A stretch of 64,000 bases of DNA from the human T2T-CHM13v2.0 reference genome, Homo sapiens: NCBI RefSeq assembly GCF_009914755.1, contig NC_060925.1; one strand, written 5' to 3'. The notes under the pieces are model-generated. The model did no database searches. It had not been told where the DNA came from and was given only the letters and a program-made list of their open reading frames with translations. Positions 30,101 to 44,619 of the stretch are shown in pieces. Within the stretch, counting starts at the first letter, position 1, and every line of letters begins with the position of its first letter. A program made the position numbers and the translations under genes.

Positions 30101-33100
30101 AAACATTGTAGTGAATTTCCCAGGCAAGATATATTCCATAAATATTAATACTTAGACATGTAGGAACTTACAAAGCTCCTATTGCTGTTATTTACATTTT
30201 ATCATTTGCCCTTTAAAATAATTATAACTAGGACATTTCTGCTGTCTCTCCATGTTGTCATTTGATTTCTTCTCAAGTAATTAATTCTTACCATAACTAA
30301 AAATAATCTTCATTAGTAAAATAAAACCATTAGGGGAAATTTGTAATACATTCCAAATACATATAAAAGCAATATTAAATTTCATCCTGCCCTGCACTTA
30401 GTCTGAGTAATTGTCTATTAATCAGACTATTGGTCTGATTTGTGATCACAATGTATTCAAGCTTATATTCCCCAAAGTCCTAACATGGTACCTTACATAG
30501 TATGGATGCATATGATGATTATTTATAAAATGACTAAATAAATGACCAAACCATAATAATGTTTTAACTCTTAATTAAATGCTATTTTCTCATTCATAGC
30601 TTAAATTTTGATCAAAAAAAATTAACAACACATGCTTCCAAATCCTGAGCTTACTTCAGAGAGTTTTAAGGTATCTCTTAATAATATGTTACCACATTTA
30701 CTACCCTATTATTGTAGGTACTACCTATTGACCTCCTCCTGTAAGATATAACAGAAAAGAATTTTTTCACAGTGAATTTCCCCAGAGTTGCTTATATAAT
30801 CATATTGCTATTTTTAATTTCTATTTTTCAATGTTCTGACTCTAGTGTCTACAGAGCAAATTTAGTAAAGTAAACACATAAGTCAGGCCAGATATAGGAT
30901 ATAAGGAGTGTTCAGACTTGTGGTGAATTGGTTGTTGGATGTCTACTGAACCGCAAATTCGAAGAAAACAATTCAAAAGGAAAAAAAAAATGCTGACACC
31001 ATGTTGGCAGCCAAATAAAACTTATCTACTGGTAGAATTTGTTTCATATGCAATCTCTGATTTACTAGGTACTTTTTAACTTACCATACTTAAAATTATG
31101 TTTCACTAACTATAGACAGAGTCTTGATTTTCTATTTTGGAACCTGGGGATGATATTAGCTACCCTCTTCATTTCCATATCTTCTCATTTTTATTTCAAT
31201 ATTTATTTGTTAAATCTTGAACATCGTTGAAGTTGTAAATATTGGTGTTTTGTTTATTAGCTATAAGTCTATGACTTCAGATTTAAAGTAGAGAGCCTGT
31301 GAGCAGTGATTACATTATTATGCGGATTGCAATAGAGTTCATTGAGAGTCAAGTGGAGGGCTTCAATTATATGACCTTATCTGCAGTTCCCTGAGTTATC
31401 CAGAAAGAATGTTCAAATAATTTCTCTTTACTTACTGACTACTTATTGCTCTATATTATGACATGTTTTAATTTGCTTTATCATAAACTCTTTATTTCTT
31501 GGAGTTTATGGTTTTGTTTTCCAGCTGGGAGAAAAAACAGATGCATTCCATTTGATATGTTGTTTTTAATTTATTCCAATCCCTTGTGGAGACTGAGTGC
31601 CTGACTTTTCTAATTTGGACCCCTTTTCAGTGGTAAATTTTAGGAATCATTGGTTCTAGCTGTGGTGCAGACATGTGGCCTGGGTTCCAGCAGTCAGATA
31701 CAAATATAGGTGTTTGTTTTGGAATTGAGCTAAGGGAGGAAACAGGCAGGGTGGGAGGCATCCATTTTGTTGCAATGGATGGCTAGTAGAGGTAGTATTG
31801 TTCTGGGGGCTTTTAGAGGCCAAAGCTCCTTTATCTGGTTAGTTGCTTGGTGTGGTAGTGGGAATTTTTTATGCAAGTTTAACATAGAGAGTAACTTTAT
31901 TGCTTTCCCAATGACTCTGTGACTATATTCCTTTATATTTCTCTTTATACTTAAAACTAGGCAATGGGTAGTCTTGTCTAAAGTTTAAAAGCTCTAATCA
32001 ATACTGAATTTCTTTTTCCTCTTTCCTTTTCAGAAAATTTTCTTCATCATTAGTGTTTTTATAATTTGGCAGTGCTAAGTATCTAAGAGTGGTTCTTTTT
32101 TATTTATTACGACTCACACTCAGGAGACCCTAACAATTTACAGGCTTGAGTCTCTCCTCTTCTCTTATAATTTCTAACTATCATTTTCTCTAACCTCTCT
32201 TGGTGGAGCTGCTACCAAAGCAAATATCATCTCTTCTGGATTGATCTCCTGTGCTTCTAGTCTTTTTGCTTGTATATTCCAACTCTGCATTTTTATCTAA
32301 AATCCTAAATATTTCTATGAGATTATCTTCCAAAACAATTTTTTTTTTTAAATTTCAGCAATCACTCTTTTAATTTCAACAGGTCTTTCCTCTCCATTTC
32401 TCCACCACAACTCCTGTTCTGTTTGAATCTTGCTGGGAATAATAATTATCATTATTTTATTTTGGATTTCTGTATTTATTTGTTATGACCCTTTTATCCC
32501 CTTAATACTGAAGACAAAATCAGCACCTCCAGAATCATGTTCAACAGAAATTTAAGTTAAATATTTAAGCCTGTGGAAAAACAAAATCCATAAGATTTTA
32601 TTCCTTTGAATAATCATCACCACCCTTTATAATACTTCAAAATAGTCTTCTAAATTATTGTTTATACTACTCTACTTTTCAAATACATGCTTGAATCTCT
32701 TTTTAATGTACTTTGTTTTCACTTACTGAAACTCCTTGTTTTGAAAATATATATTTGACTCTCTTTTTAAATATTATAGTTTTGATTTTTTTAAACAAAT
32801 CTATGTTTACTAATGAGTGTAAGTAACACCCAACCTTAGCTATAGACCCAAAACAATTTCAGTACAACAGAACAGAAGTTGTTGCTCTCCTTTGGCTGGA
32901 TATATTTCTCTCATCTCATCCTGCATGCTGATATTCAGCAAATAACAAGAGCCATATTTCAAATTTCGAGTACAAGATATAAGGACATTAAATGGATTCC
33001 TTTGTCTGTGAATATGATGTGTTAAATGGTAGGTTTTACCATATAGAAAGCAAAAAGAAATTAGACTACTCAATCTGGGGCCTCTCAAATACCAGATTAT

Positions 33101-34587
33101 AGAGAACTGGAACCCAGCTCCAAATTATCTGCTAAGGTGGACTTCGTTTTATTTAAATTATTCTAGGAAAAGTTTTATTTTTCCCGAATGATAAATGTCT
33201 AGCCAGACTTAACTGCAGGGAAATAGTACTGTGATTAATGAAAGAGGTGTAAGTCATCGTTCAATATACATAACTTGAATTAATATTTGCCCTCTTTTTC
33301 TAGGCACCTTGTACCCTCAAAGTTTCATCGGGGACTGGCATTTTGTCTTACTATATCACCCTTTAAAGAAAGTCTGGGCCGTGATTTCCAACAGAAAATA
33401 TTGCTTTGTTTACTTTCCATCTCCCAGAAATTCATTCAATTCTCACTTCTTCTATTTATTTTTCATCAATAAAAGCTTATAATTTATTAAAAATTTCTTT
33501 TTCCTTGTATCAATGGAGTCTCATGAGAGAGAGCAGATAAATGCATATGGTTCATAAACTACTTGGAACCAGGGCATAGACCCAAAGAATAAATCATCTC
33601 AATCTTTAGTGCATCTTATTTCATTTATTTAACTAATATTTGTTGAAGATGCATGTGTGAAAAACATTATGGAAGGTTTAAAGATAAGCAAGATATGTTC
33701 TCTATATTGAATGAAATTACAACCTCATAAGTAAAGAAAAAAATGAATAATACCTGCTCTGGCAGAACATAGTAAAATCTATGCAAGTTCATAGAAGGAA
33801 GAAATCACACTGAATTAAGGAGATTAAAAATATTCATGAAGAGATAGAATTTTTGATTTAACAAAACCTTCTAGGAAGGCAGAGGAAACAGCATTAAAAA
33901 AAGATGTAGAAGGCGGAAACCACAAAGTATATTTAGGATCATGTAATTTGGAGTACATGCTATATATAAGAGAATCAAGAGATAAGGATACAAAAATAAA
34001 TTAGTACTAGAGCATAGACAGCCTTAAAGAATTAAGGCAGATATATTTAAATCTAATTTAATAATGAATGCTGAACTATTAAACACTTTCCAAGCATGGG
34101 ACTGCCAGACAAGGGTCAACATCCAGATTCCTCAAAATATGTTTAATAGAATACTTGTTCCTGTTGACCTTTTAATGAGTCTGCCTAGGAAAACATTTCT
34201 CAGTCAAGTAGATTTTGGGATACATCAAATAAAATGCCTTTCCATATAGATTTTTAATACACATTGCCTTATATTTTTTAAAAAGTAAGATTAAGAACTT
34301 ACTTTTTTATTATTTACTATTACTATTATTTTCTTTTCCTGTGATTACCTCCACTCAGATCTCCAGCCTTGTAGTAGGTTTTTTTTTGTTCTTGTTTGTT
34401 TGTTGCCACAGGAGAAATGGAGAAAGGACAACTGGGGATTGCATATCATCTTTCTTAATTCCCACGACTAAAGAAGCAGGCTTCTGTGGAAATGGCAGAA
34501 TTATTTGCATAGAGGCAACAATAGCAGTTGGTAAATGTGTTTCAGTAGAACCCATGGTGTCCCCACCTCCAGGGTGTTCCTCAGCCA

Positions 34588-34972
34588 AGTGTGTCCCCCA
34601 ACAATTCATATGTTGAAGCCCTATCCCCCACCCAGTATGTCAGAATATGACTGTATTTGGAAATGGGCTCTTTGAGATGTGATTAAATTGAGACTGTTGA
34701 GGTGGGCCCTATTACAATCTGACTGGTGTCTTCCGAAGAAGAGGAAATTTGAACACACAAAAGACATCAGGAATGTGGGCGCAACAGAGGAAACCCCATG
34801 TGAGGACACAGCGAGAATACAGCCATCTGCAAGCCAAGGAGAGAGGACTGGGCAGAAACCAAACATTGATCTCGGACTCCTAGCCTCCAGAACTGTGGAA
34901 AAAATAAACTTCTGTTGTTTAAGCCACCCAGTCTGTGGTAGTTTTCTATGGCAGCACTAGCAAACGAATACT
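34588..34972 (+). mobile_element. MLT1B-like MaLR solo LTR
   Basis: tgtgtccccca..aattcatatgttgaagcccta..gactgtatttggaaat..agcctccagaactgtgg..gcagcactagcaaacgaata. Confidence 0.8.
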
Positions 34973-35993
34973 ATGGCCGCAAAGATCCATGTAAGTTAGA
35001 GCAGAATAGTGCAAGGTGGGAGAGTTTTAGAAGAGCAAGTATTAACCATTATGTAGTATCCTGATGAAGTGAAATTCATATCCTACAGAGGAAAGAAAGG
35101 GAATGATATGGGATAGAAGTAAGAAAAAGGCCTTTCCATGTTTGGAAATCCACTCAGCAGAAAGTTCCACATTTCTTCCCAGGACATAGTTAGTTGAACA
35201 GCAGCCTATGGAGCGGATATGCAGGGGCATGAAGTAGGTTAAAAGAACCGGTTGAGTTAGCCAGATAAGAATCACCACAAGCAACGCCCTCTCCAACAGA
35301 CACCAGACACACACACACACACACACAAAGCATCCTACACTCCCTGCCCACACAAACAGAGGAAGATGAGAGTTTGCCATAGATAGTGTCTGTATATATC
35401 TTTCTCATACATCCATTGATGAGGTAATGGATATGTCCCGAAGGTTACCTGAGGGAGCCTAAGGAGACACCAGAATGATGCAATTAGACAGCCAGAGATG
35501 ACTGAGAAGCAGTTGGATCCCAGGAGCCCATTCATAAAAAAGCTCTGTGAAGTAGTAAGTAGGGCAGATGTGTGTCCTCAGAACAAGCAGTAGGCATTGG
35601 ACTTATGGCTCACCAGGAAGCTTGCCAGAAGATGACATTAGCTGTTGTCAGCAGCTAGATAATAAGTAGCTACACTGTCTACCTGAGAAGTTTATGAGAC
35701 CAGAATGAGTCATGGACCCATTGATAAAGGGCGCTTCCCCACTTTGCTGCAGTCAGAAAGTCACCAGGTAGCTGGTGGTGTGGGGTAATAGGAGTGGGAA
35801 GGAGATGTGGGGTTTGGAAAAGAAGTCTGTTAATACTTTCAAATCTGACTGAAACCACTCAAAAACATACTTTAATCTATTAATGAAAACAGAGGCTCAG
35901 ATTTAAGAAAGTTATATCAAATAAAGTTCAAGTTGTATATGCCAACTAACAATTAGCAAATTTATAGCAATCAATCACATTAAGACTTTAAAT

Positions 35994-36037
35994 TGTGTGT
36001 GTGTTTGTGAGTGTGAGTGTGTGTGTGTGTGTGTGTG
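35994..36037. repeat. (TG)n microsatellite
   Basis: Directly visible. Confidence 0.9.
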
Positions 36038-37565
36038 TTTCACTCTAAAGGGAAATCAAAATGCCTCTCATCCTCACTGGTACTCTATTTTATCCACCTA
36101 AGGAGGAGGGTGATGGACTAGATTTGCCAGGTTACAAAATATAGTTCTCTGTCACAGTTTTTGAGTGTGAAACTTCCAAGGGAACTAAAAATAGTTCATT
36201 TGAGCATGCTCCCCCACTTTTTTTGTTTGTTTGTTCTTGCTTTCTTGCAGTCAGTGTGGTAATTATAATCCCTATTACTTTTGAGAAACTTTCTCCTCCT
36301 CCCTCATGACCGCTGATTCCCTGGGGCTTCTGTGAGGAGTTTAGGATTAAAGGGAAACAAAGTCTTCCTGTCTTCCTGTCATTACCTCCTTCCTTGCTTT
36401 CCTCCTGCCTTGTGGTCTTTCTCAGTCCTTCTTTTCTGGTGATGATAAATGACAATGGATTTTTATTTTCCCTTATCACAGTGTTTAGAATTGGAGATTC
36501 TGGATGCCGGAGCATGACAGACAAGGAAGATCTCATGGCTAATTTGCATCTGAGTTCATTAGCCTAATGGTCAGAGAAACATTGAAGGCTTCTGTCTGGT
36601 GTAGTTCAGATCCTTAAAAGTTCTGCTTGGAATTTGGGTTCAAGGCAGTAAGAGAAAAAAGCATTGCTTTACCTGACATTTGCTGGCCTTTCTTTTCTTC
36701 CAAATACATACTTTCATAAAGGTTTTGCTGAGGGAAATCCTCCAGTCAAAATACTATCTCCAAATATTTAAAACCTCCTCGAGTTAAGCTAAAATGTTTT
36801 AAAATAAAGTTTTAATTCCTCAGTCTTTCTTTGTTGAAGACTTGAAATTTTAAAGAGTTTCAGGCAGTCATTTTGTAGGATGCTCTCAATATTTCACATG
36901 ATTAGAAAATGTTGGCAGGAATACCAAAGTAACTTCTTAGTGCATCATATGAAAGGCAACATGAAAACATCTTTATTGATTGTGGTTATCTTGATCCCTT
37001 GGTTTAGATGGTGTCTCCCAGGTTCCTCCATGATAAAGTTACAAATTTTCCCTTAATAGTTATTAACTATTTTAGGGAGGCATGTCAAAAGCACACAATT
37101 ATACTAGTTCTCCTCAAACTTTCACCCCTAATATTAGTACTCATTGAGGAGTCACAATTATTACTGTAGTGTTTGCCTAATGGTGACTTCATATTTTTCT
37201 CTTTCCTTCTATATTTATTAGAATTCTTCAGTAAGAAAGAGCTATGCCTTATCCCTTATTTACTTATTTATATTAGTATGGACTACTGGATGTTTATTTT
37301 ATTTTATGGGCTAAAACCTAATATCATTATTTATTTTGTGGCCCAAAAGATTCCATCTTAGCCCATTAGGACTTCCTTCATGTTGTTTCTTTTGACCAGC
37401 CCCCATATAATTCTGAGCAATTCCTTACTTTCTGCCACCACAACATTTTTCAGGCTTATCTTGTATTTTCCCTGCCCCATTCCTGGAATCAACCAATACT
37501 CCAAGGAGCCCTGGATATTTATATTGGAGGATGATGTTTACCAATCAAGATCTGAGCCTTAAGTG

Positions 37566-37924
37566 TTGCTAGGATTTGAATATGTTCCCTAAAGTTCATG
37601 TGTTGGAAACTTAATGCCCAATGCAACAGTGTTGGGAGGTGGGGCCTAATAAGGCCTTATTAGTTCATAGGGCTCTGCCTCATAGAATGGATTAACATCC
37701 TATGGCTGGAGAATGGGTTTGTTATAAACATGAGTTCACCCTCCTCATTAGCTCCCTTTACACATACTGTCTTGGCCTTCTGCCTTCTGCCATGGGATGA
37801 CACAGCAAGAAGGCCCTCACAAGATTCTGGCCCTGAATTTTGGACTCCCCAAGAAAATAAATCTGTCTTTATAAATTACTCAGTCTCAGGTATTCTGTCG
37901 TAGCAACACAAATTTACTAAGACA
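37566..37924 (+). mobile_element. MSTB/MSTC-like MaLR solo LTR inserted in old L1M sequence
   Basis: tgctaggatttgaatatgttccc..aacagtgttgggaggtggggcct..ataaattactcagtctcaggtattctg..actaagaca. Confidence 0.8.
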
Positions 37925-40242
37925 TGTTTGCTCATTGCTACTGAGATGTCATTGCCTCTGTTCTGTCTCAGAGACATGGCCAGGAATTGTAAGTATATAT
38001 ACTAGCAAACATACATAGAGGCACATCTGTATTTCTGTATCTATCTTTTTTGTTTATATACATTGAAAATCATGAGTTTATACTGATTCCAATCTCATCC
38101 ACAAGAACTGTCACAAATTGGAGGAGGTTAAAGAGAAATAACAACTAAAGGCAATGCAGGATCTTAGAGTTGTGGAACAGAAAATAGACATTAATGAAAA
38201 AAAATAAAATTCAAATAAGGCCTATAATTTAGTCAATAGTATTGTATCAGTGTTAACCCCTTCTTTTGATAATTGCACTATGATTATAAAAGATAAATGT
38301 TAAGGGAAGTTTATGTATGGAAAGCGTATGTGTGAACTCTACTGGTTTTCCAAATTTTGTGTAAGTTTAAAATTGGTTCAAATTAAAAGGTTTTTAAAAT
38401 GTCATTAAAATATGTTTAACCTAATATTTCCAAACTTCCTTGAATACGTAATTTTATTTTTCAGGAAAGGTATTAACACCCATCCAAAAACAATAATTTT
38501 GCCTTGTAACACAAATTTGGCAACCATATGAAATTACAGAATCACTTTTTATACAGCATACACACAAATTAATTACATTGCATTTTGGCTTAATGTGTTT
38601 CTACTGTGGCTGCAGATTTTGCAAAATTATTCAGCAATCTCTCTGGTGAAATAGTTTTTTGAGGAATCCTAAAATTCCCTTAAGCTTAAATGCTCATGAT
38701 AGAAAACTGAATAAAACCACCTTTCTGTAATTTTACACTTAGCAATTGAATACAGGCATAATGAAATCTTGAAAGCTAAGCAAACAAATGTAAATCAGGT
38801 ATTCTGTTTTTCTTTTCTATTTTTAAAGATACCAATTACTTTGAACACAACAGATAAACTTAACAGCTAATGTTTATAAGAATTTTCATTTCACAAAGAG
38901 CATTGCAGCAATATCTAGATCTGCTGTTTGAACTTGTTTGTGAAAATAACATACTTTCCCAATAAGTTAATGAAGAACTTCTTTTGAAATAACCACCTCT
39001 GAGGAACATATTTACAATGTTGCAACTTTTTAAAATTAATTCTGCGCCATGTAAAAGCAAATTTGCTTCCCCTTACTTTTAATATATTTATAAAATATAG
39101 CATTGGAATTCTTAAATCTTTTCATCCATTCAGAGTACTTCAAATATACATTCATATCATAGACCAACTGATTAGTATTTGGAACCTTCTCTTTCTTTGG
39201 TCTCATAAATCAAAATAACGTTATTTCAAAATATCCTTGTAATAATGTGTTATCAGTATTTGAATCTAATAGCAACTATTATTTGCTTATACTAATAGAA
39301 GTTAACAATTATTTTCTCTGATACCTATATTTTAATCTTTATGTCTTCTGATTAATTTTCAAATAAATTTGTCTTATTTAAGGCCTCTTCAATAATTCTT
39401 TCTTCAATTCTTTATATTGTTCATTTCAAATGGTCACTAAAAACATACACCTTTTAAGCAGACAAAAGAGTTTTATACTTCCTGTAACTCATGGTGGCTT
39501 TCTTCTATAAAAATCTTCTATGACTGAATAATATATCACTTGAAAATAAAAAGGTTCAACATTATAGGTATTTAAATCACCTTTTTCTCAAAATACCTTT
39601 AATCCTAATTTCTGTAATATTTAAGGCATTGAATCAAAAGATTGGCCATGGTTAAAAACATGTTGTCGCTGTTCTTGCATCCTGTTATCTATTTGTTTGT
39701 TAATGTCATTGTTCCAAAAAAAATCTAAATAAAATTATGAACATTTATTCTCTTATAGTCATGAAATTGTGATGTTTTGGTATAGGCTTAGGAATATTCT
39801 GATTTAGATATAAAATACAAACATGCAAGGCATGGGACTTTTTCTTCTACTCCATCACAAATACAACATGTGGTTCTGGGTATCCTGTTTTGTCTTCTCC
39901 TGTCTCTCTCAAACTGCCAATTTTGACACCAAATTAAAAGATTGACTCTTACTTGTATAGATTCTGACTGATATAGATTAACAAAGCCAATGAGACAACT
40001 AAAGACCAATTACTATGGTTGGGCATGGCTACATAATTTTCAAAGTAATCCTGTGAGTTGACTTCATCCAGTTTCAAGGCTTTAAATGGGGTTTATATGG
40101 TCATGACAGCCAAATTTGTATGTTCATCAACATTCTTATAATGGCCTAGGAGACGCTACATGACCTGGCCCATTGTTTCTTTTCAGATCTCAACTTTTAC
40201 TACCTTTCTCTTCCTTCACTCTGCTCTATTTATGCATGTCTT

Positions 40243-40564
<322 letters not shown>

Positions 40565-42143
40565 TTTGCTTGTCTTCTTGATGTTCCTCAAGTCATCAGA
40601 TGTGCTTGCATCTCAGAGTCTCTGCTTTTCCTTTTGCCTGGAAAACTTATATCTCAGATATGTGCATAATTATTACTTTAATTTGCTCAGGTCATTGTAA
40701 ATACCAACTCCTTGATGAAGTCATACAATGACTGTATCATTTAAATTAAACCCACTGCTACATCCTTGTGCTCTTCATTGCCCTTCCCTACTTAATTTTT
40801 CTCCATAGCACTACTGCCAGCAGAAATATTTGTATTTTACTTGTTTATTATTGTTTATTTTGTCTCTCCAATTAGAATAAAAACTCCCCAAGAGCAGAGA
40901 TTTTTCTGGTTTTTTAAGAACACCTGAAATCATTCTGTCACACAGTGAATATTCAATAACTAATTGCTAAATAAGTGAATAAATAAATGGATTAGGTAAA
41001 AATTATTATCTCAACTTTCCATATAATATGATTGAAAATTAAGTGGAGTAGGTTGGTTCAATGTTAATTGGGTTTGGCAGTTAATGAGTCAACCATTTCT
41101 GTCTGCCAAAACCAGTGTTCTTTCCTCTATGCCACATTTCCTTCCTGAATTTGCAACACGCCTACTACAAAACAGAAAGAATTTTGTTTGTGATTAGGAT
41201 TTGTGATTCCTGAAGAGTATAATTTCAGCTGCTGCTTTACTGAGATAAATTTCTTTATCATACATTTTATAATAATAATCATATGACTTGTTTTGGTTTG
41301 TGACAGGAAACATTAAAATTCAGGTAAAGAACTATAAAAAAAAATCATGTAGTAACTATACCATAGGTATACGTAATATTTATTTTAGCAGAATGATTGC
41401 ATCACCAAATTTGAGCTCTCTCTTTAATGACTGTCAATGACCTTCGTGGTACTTCACATGTAAAACTTAGGTGATCTCAGTTATTTGTATGATTCAATAT
41501 ATTCCCTTCTAAGATCCTTTGATTTACCATTTCGTTCGTATGATATTTAATCTAATGATTTTTAAAAAGTAAACATCCAATTCTAAATAAATGTATGCAT
41601 ATGTTTGTATGTAAATATATGTGTAGATGTATATGTACTTTATAAATATTTACATAACTAACAGATACAACTAGAATCAAGCCTACATTTGAATATGTGA
41701 AATATATCCTTTATGCAAAATATGAAAGCATAGTTTCTTTGCTATGTATAATTTTTAATGATAATCACAAATCTGTGACAAAATGACAGAAACTGTATTG
41801 ACTACTCCAAAATGTTTTATAAACCACTCTTCCCTTGCCTTTCTCTATTAAAAAGCTATAAATCTAAAATACTTAATGTTTCAGGATGCTTGAGATATGT
41901 CTGGAAACATGTGACAGGGCTCTGACCAATTATATGTTAAAAGGCAATGAGTGGGACTCATGGAAAGCCTTAAATATAGCCTCAGTTGGCAATAATCTGC
42001 CCCTTTGACATTCTTCCATCTTCTTACCTAGAAGACTAGCCTGAAGCAGAGAATGCATTTTACGATTACAATAAGAGAATCCTGAAGGGTAAAGACTATA
42101 GGGTAAAGATGTTGGAATAAGAAAACAGAACAACGTGCTCTGA

Positions 42144-42159
42144 TGACGTCACTGAGTCA
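42144..42159. promoter_or_regulatory. Candidate composite CRE (TGACGTCA, 42144-42151) plus AP-1 (TGAGTCA, 42153-42159) site
   Basis: Both are perfect consensus motifs, separated by 1 bp. Function is inferred only. Confidence 0.45.
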
Positions 42160-43416
42160 GATAGCCTGCTCTGGATGCTGAACCCATAGTTTTTAAGGTG
42201 TAAACTAAACACCACCCCTACTTTCAGTGAGATATTACATTACATGGGGCAGAACACATTTTTAACTAATGCAATATTCCTTATTCCACAGAAATAAAAT
42301 TAGTGTAAATCACCACTTGCCTCACCCATTACTTCCTAAGGAATAAATGATTTTCCCTTTATCATGCAGAAGCATTCCAGTCTCCGGATCTCATCCTTTA
42401 CTCCCTCACTGCGTTTTCAATCTCTTTTTCTTTAGTGGTACTTAAAATTTAAACATTAAAAGCAAACAAAAATAGATAAATACTTGTGTACATAGAAAAA
42501 GCTTTCCTTAACATTTCTGTGCAATAGGACTTCCATTATTTTTCTTTCTTCGATTAATGAACAAACCTAATGAAGTAGCAATCTCCAACCACACTTCATT
42601 TCTTATCATTCCTTAATTTGTTCATATTTTCTCACAATAAGAAAATCCCCATTGTAGAAATTGTTTTTTCAGAAGTCCTCAGAGAACAGCCTCCAAAATG
42701 CTTGCTCAGTCTTAATCTAGAATCATCTATGTTGTTAACAATCCAGTTCCTTTTAGAAATCCTATCTCAGTGTTATTTTATTATGCTATACTATATTTGC
42801 TTTCCTTTTCTTCACTCTATTTCCTAGAATTAATAAATTCCTAGAAAATAGTCTCAAATTGTCATTTCTCCCAAATCCCTACTACTTCCTCCTTCACATT
42901 TGTGAGCCTGACTGGCACGATCCACCACCTCAGGAACCAAGCGTGCAGCAATTCCTACCACATTATGTCTTCATCAGAAAGCAAATACATCCAATATCAA
43001 ACCACTTTTCCTTCTGCCAACTATGTACTTCATTATTTTCTACTGTCCAGTGTCAATAAGTGAGGAGATTTTCTTTTTTTCCCCCTCTCTCTTTTCTACA
43101 CTCATATCTAATCAGTGGCAAACTTCTGTGAATTCTAACTAAGCAGTATTTTTCTTATCAATTCTCTCTTTTTCTTACCCCTCGATTATTACTGAGGTGA
43201 AAAAGATTACCTCATGGATGGGACTAATTAAGTATTGTGAAAACAAATTGAAAGACAAAGAAAATGAATTGCTAAATTTTTAAAATTCTGATAAAGCTGA
43301 AATGTAATCAGGATGGGCCAGTTGAATGTTAACAAACTGGACTGATAATCCAGCATTTCCTTGTGGAAATCATTATAGTCCATGTTCAAAGGTGATTTTT
43401 TCTAAAGAATAAATTT

Positions 43417-44258
43417 TTTTTTATTTATTTTTGTTTTTTTATTATTATACTTTAAGTTTTAGGGTACATGTGCACATTGTGCAGGTTAGTTACATATGTA
43501 TACATGTGCCATGCTGGTGTGCTGCACCCACTAACTCGTCATCTAGCATTAGGTATATTTCCCAGTGCTATCCCTCCCTCCTCCCCCCACCCCACAACAG
43601 TCCCCAGAATGTGATGTTCCCCTTCCTGTGTCCATGTGATCTCATTGTTCAATTCCCACCTATGAGTGAGAATATGCGGTGTTTGGTTTTTTGTTCCTGC
43701 GATAGTTTACTGAGAATGATGATTTCCAATTTCATCCATGTCCCTACAAAGGACATGAACTCATCCTTTTTTATGGCTGCATAATAATCCATGGTGTATA
43801 TGTGCCACATTTTCTTAATCCAGTCTATCATTGTTGGACATTTGGGTTGGTTCCAAGTCTTTGCTATTGTGAATAATGCCGCAATAAACATATGTGTGCA
43901 TGTGTCTTTATAGCAGCATGATTTATAGTCCTTTGGGTATATACCCAGTAATGGGATGGCTGGGTCAAATGGTATTTCTAGTTCTAGATCCCTGAGGAAT
44001 CACCACACTGCGAAGGACATGAACAGACACTTCTCAAAAGAAGACATTTATGCAGCCAAAAAACACATGAAAAAATGCTCACCATCACTGGCCATCAGAG
44101 AAATGCAAATCAAAACCACAATGAGATACCATCTCACACCAGTTAGAATGGCAATCATTAAAAAGTCAGGAAACAACAGGTGCTGGAGAGGATGTGGAGA
44201 AATAGGAACACTTTTACACTGTTGGTGGGACTGTAAACTAGTTCAACCATTGTGGAAG
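43417..44258 (-). mobile_element. L1PA2-like LINE with twin-priming 5' inversion (3' part minus 43417-44010; inverted part plus 44011-44258)
   Basis: TSD AAGAATAAATTT at 43405-43416 / 44256-44267. 3'UTR GCTAGATGACGAGTTAGTGGG (GAG, not Ta ACA). The two parts are adjacent in the L1 consensus. Confidence 0.93.
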
Positions 44259-44619
44259 AATAAATTTATTTTCATTGAGAATAAACTTATTTTTGACAAG
44301 ATTGCCAAATAAATAAAAATGCTAATTTAATCAACAATAAGACATACCACTGCCAAGAGCACAGAACACTCAAATGTAAATAAAGTGAGCGGGTCTGAAA
44401 AATGAGGAAAAAAATTGAGAAGCATTAAAATACAGAATAAACTCTCTAAAAATATAAATTACACAGTTCTATGAAGTCATCTAATTTATTTATGACTGAC
44501 AGATCAGCTAGAACTGGAATTAACATAATAACAAATAGAAAAAGAAAATGTTATATTGTAAGAGTTTTAATCAGCCTTGGGAATTGTATTAGTCAGAGTA
44601 CTGGGTAAGTTGCTGGAGA

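Noticed and set aside
43956-44312. 118-aa chimeric ORF
   Set aside because: By-product of the L1 inversion junction: antisense L1 fused to an ORF2 fragment.
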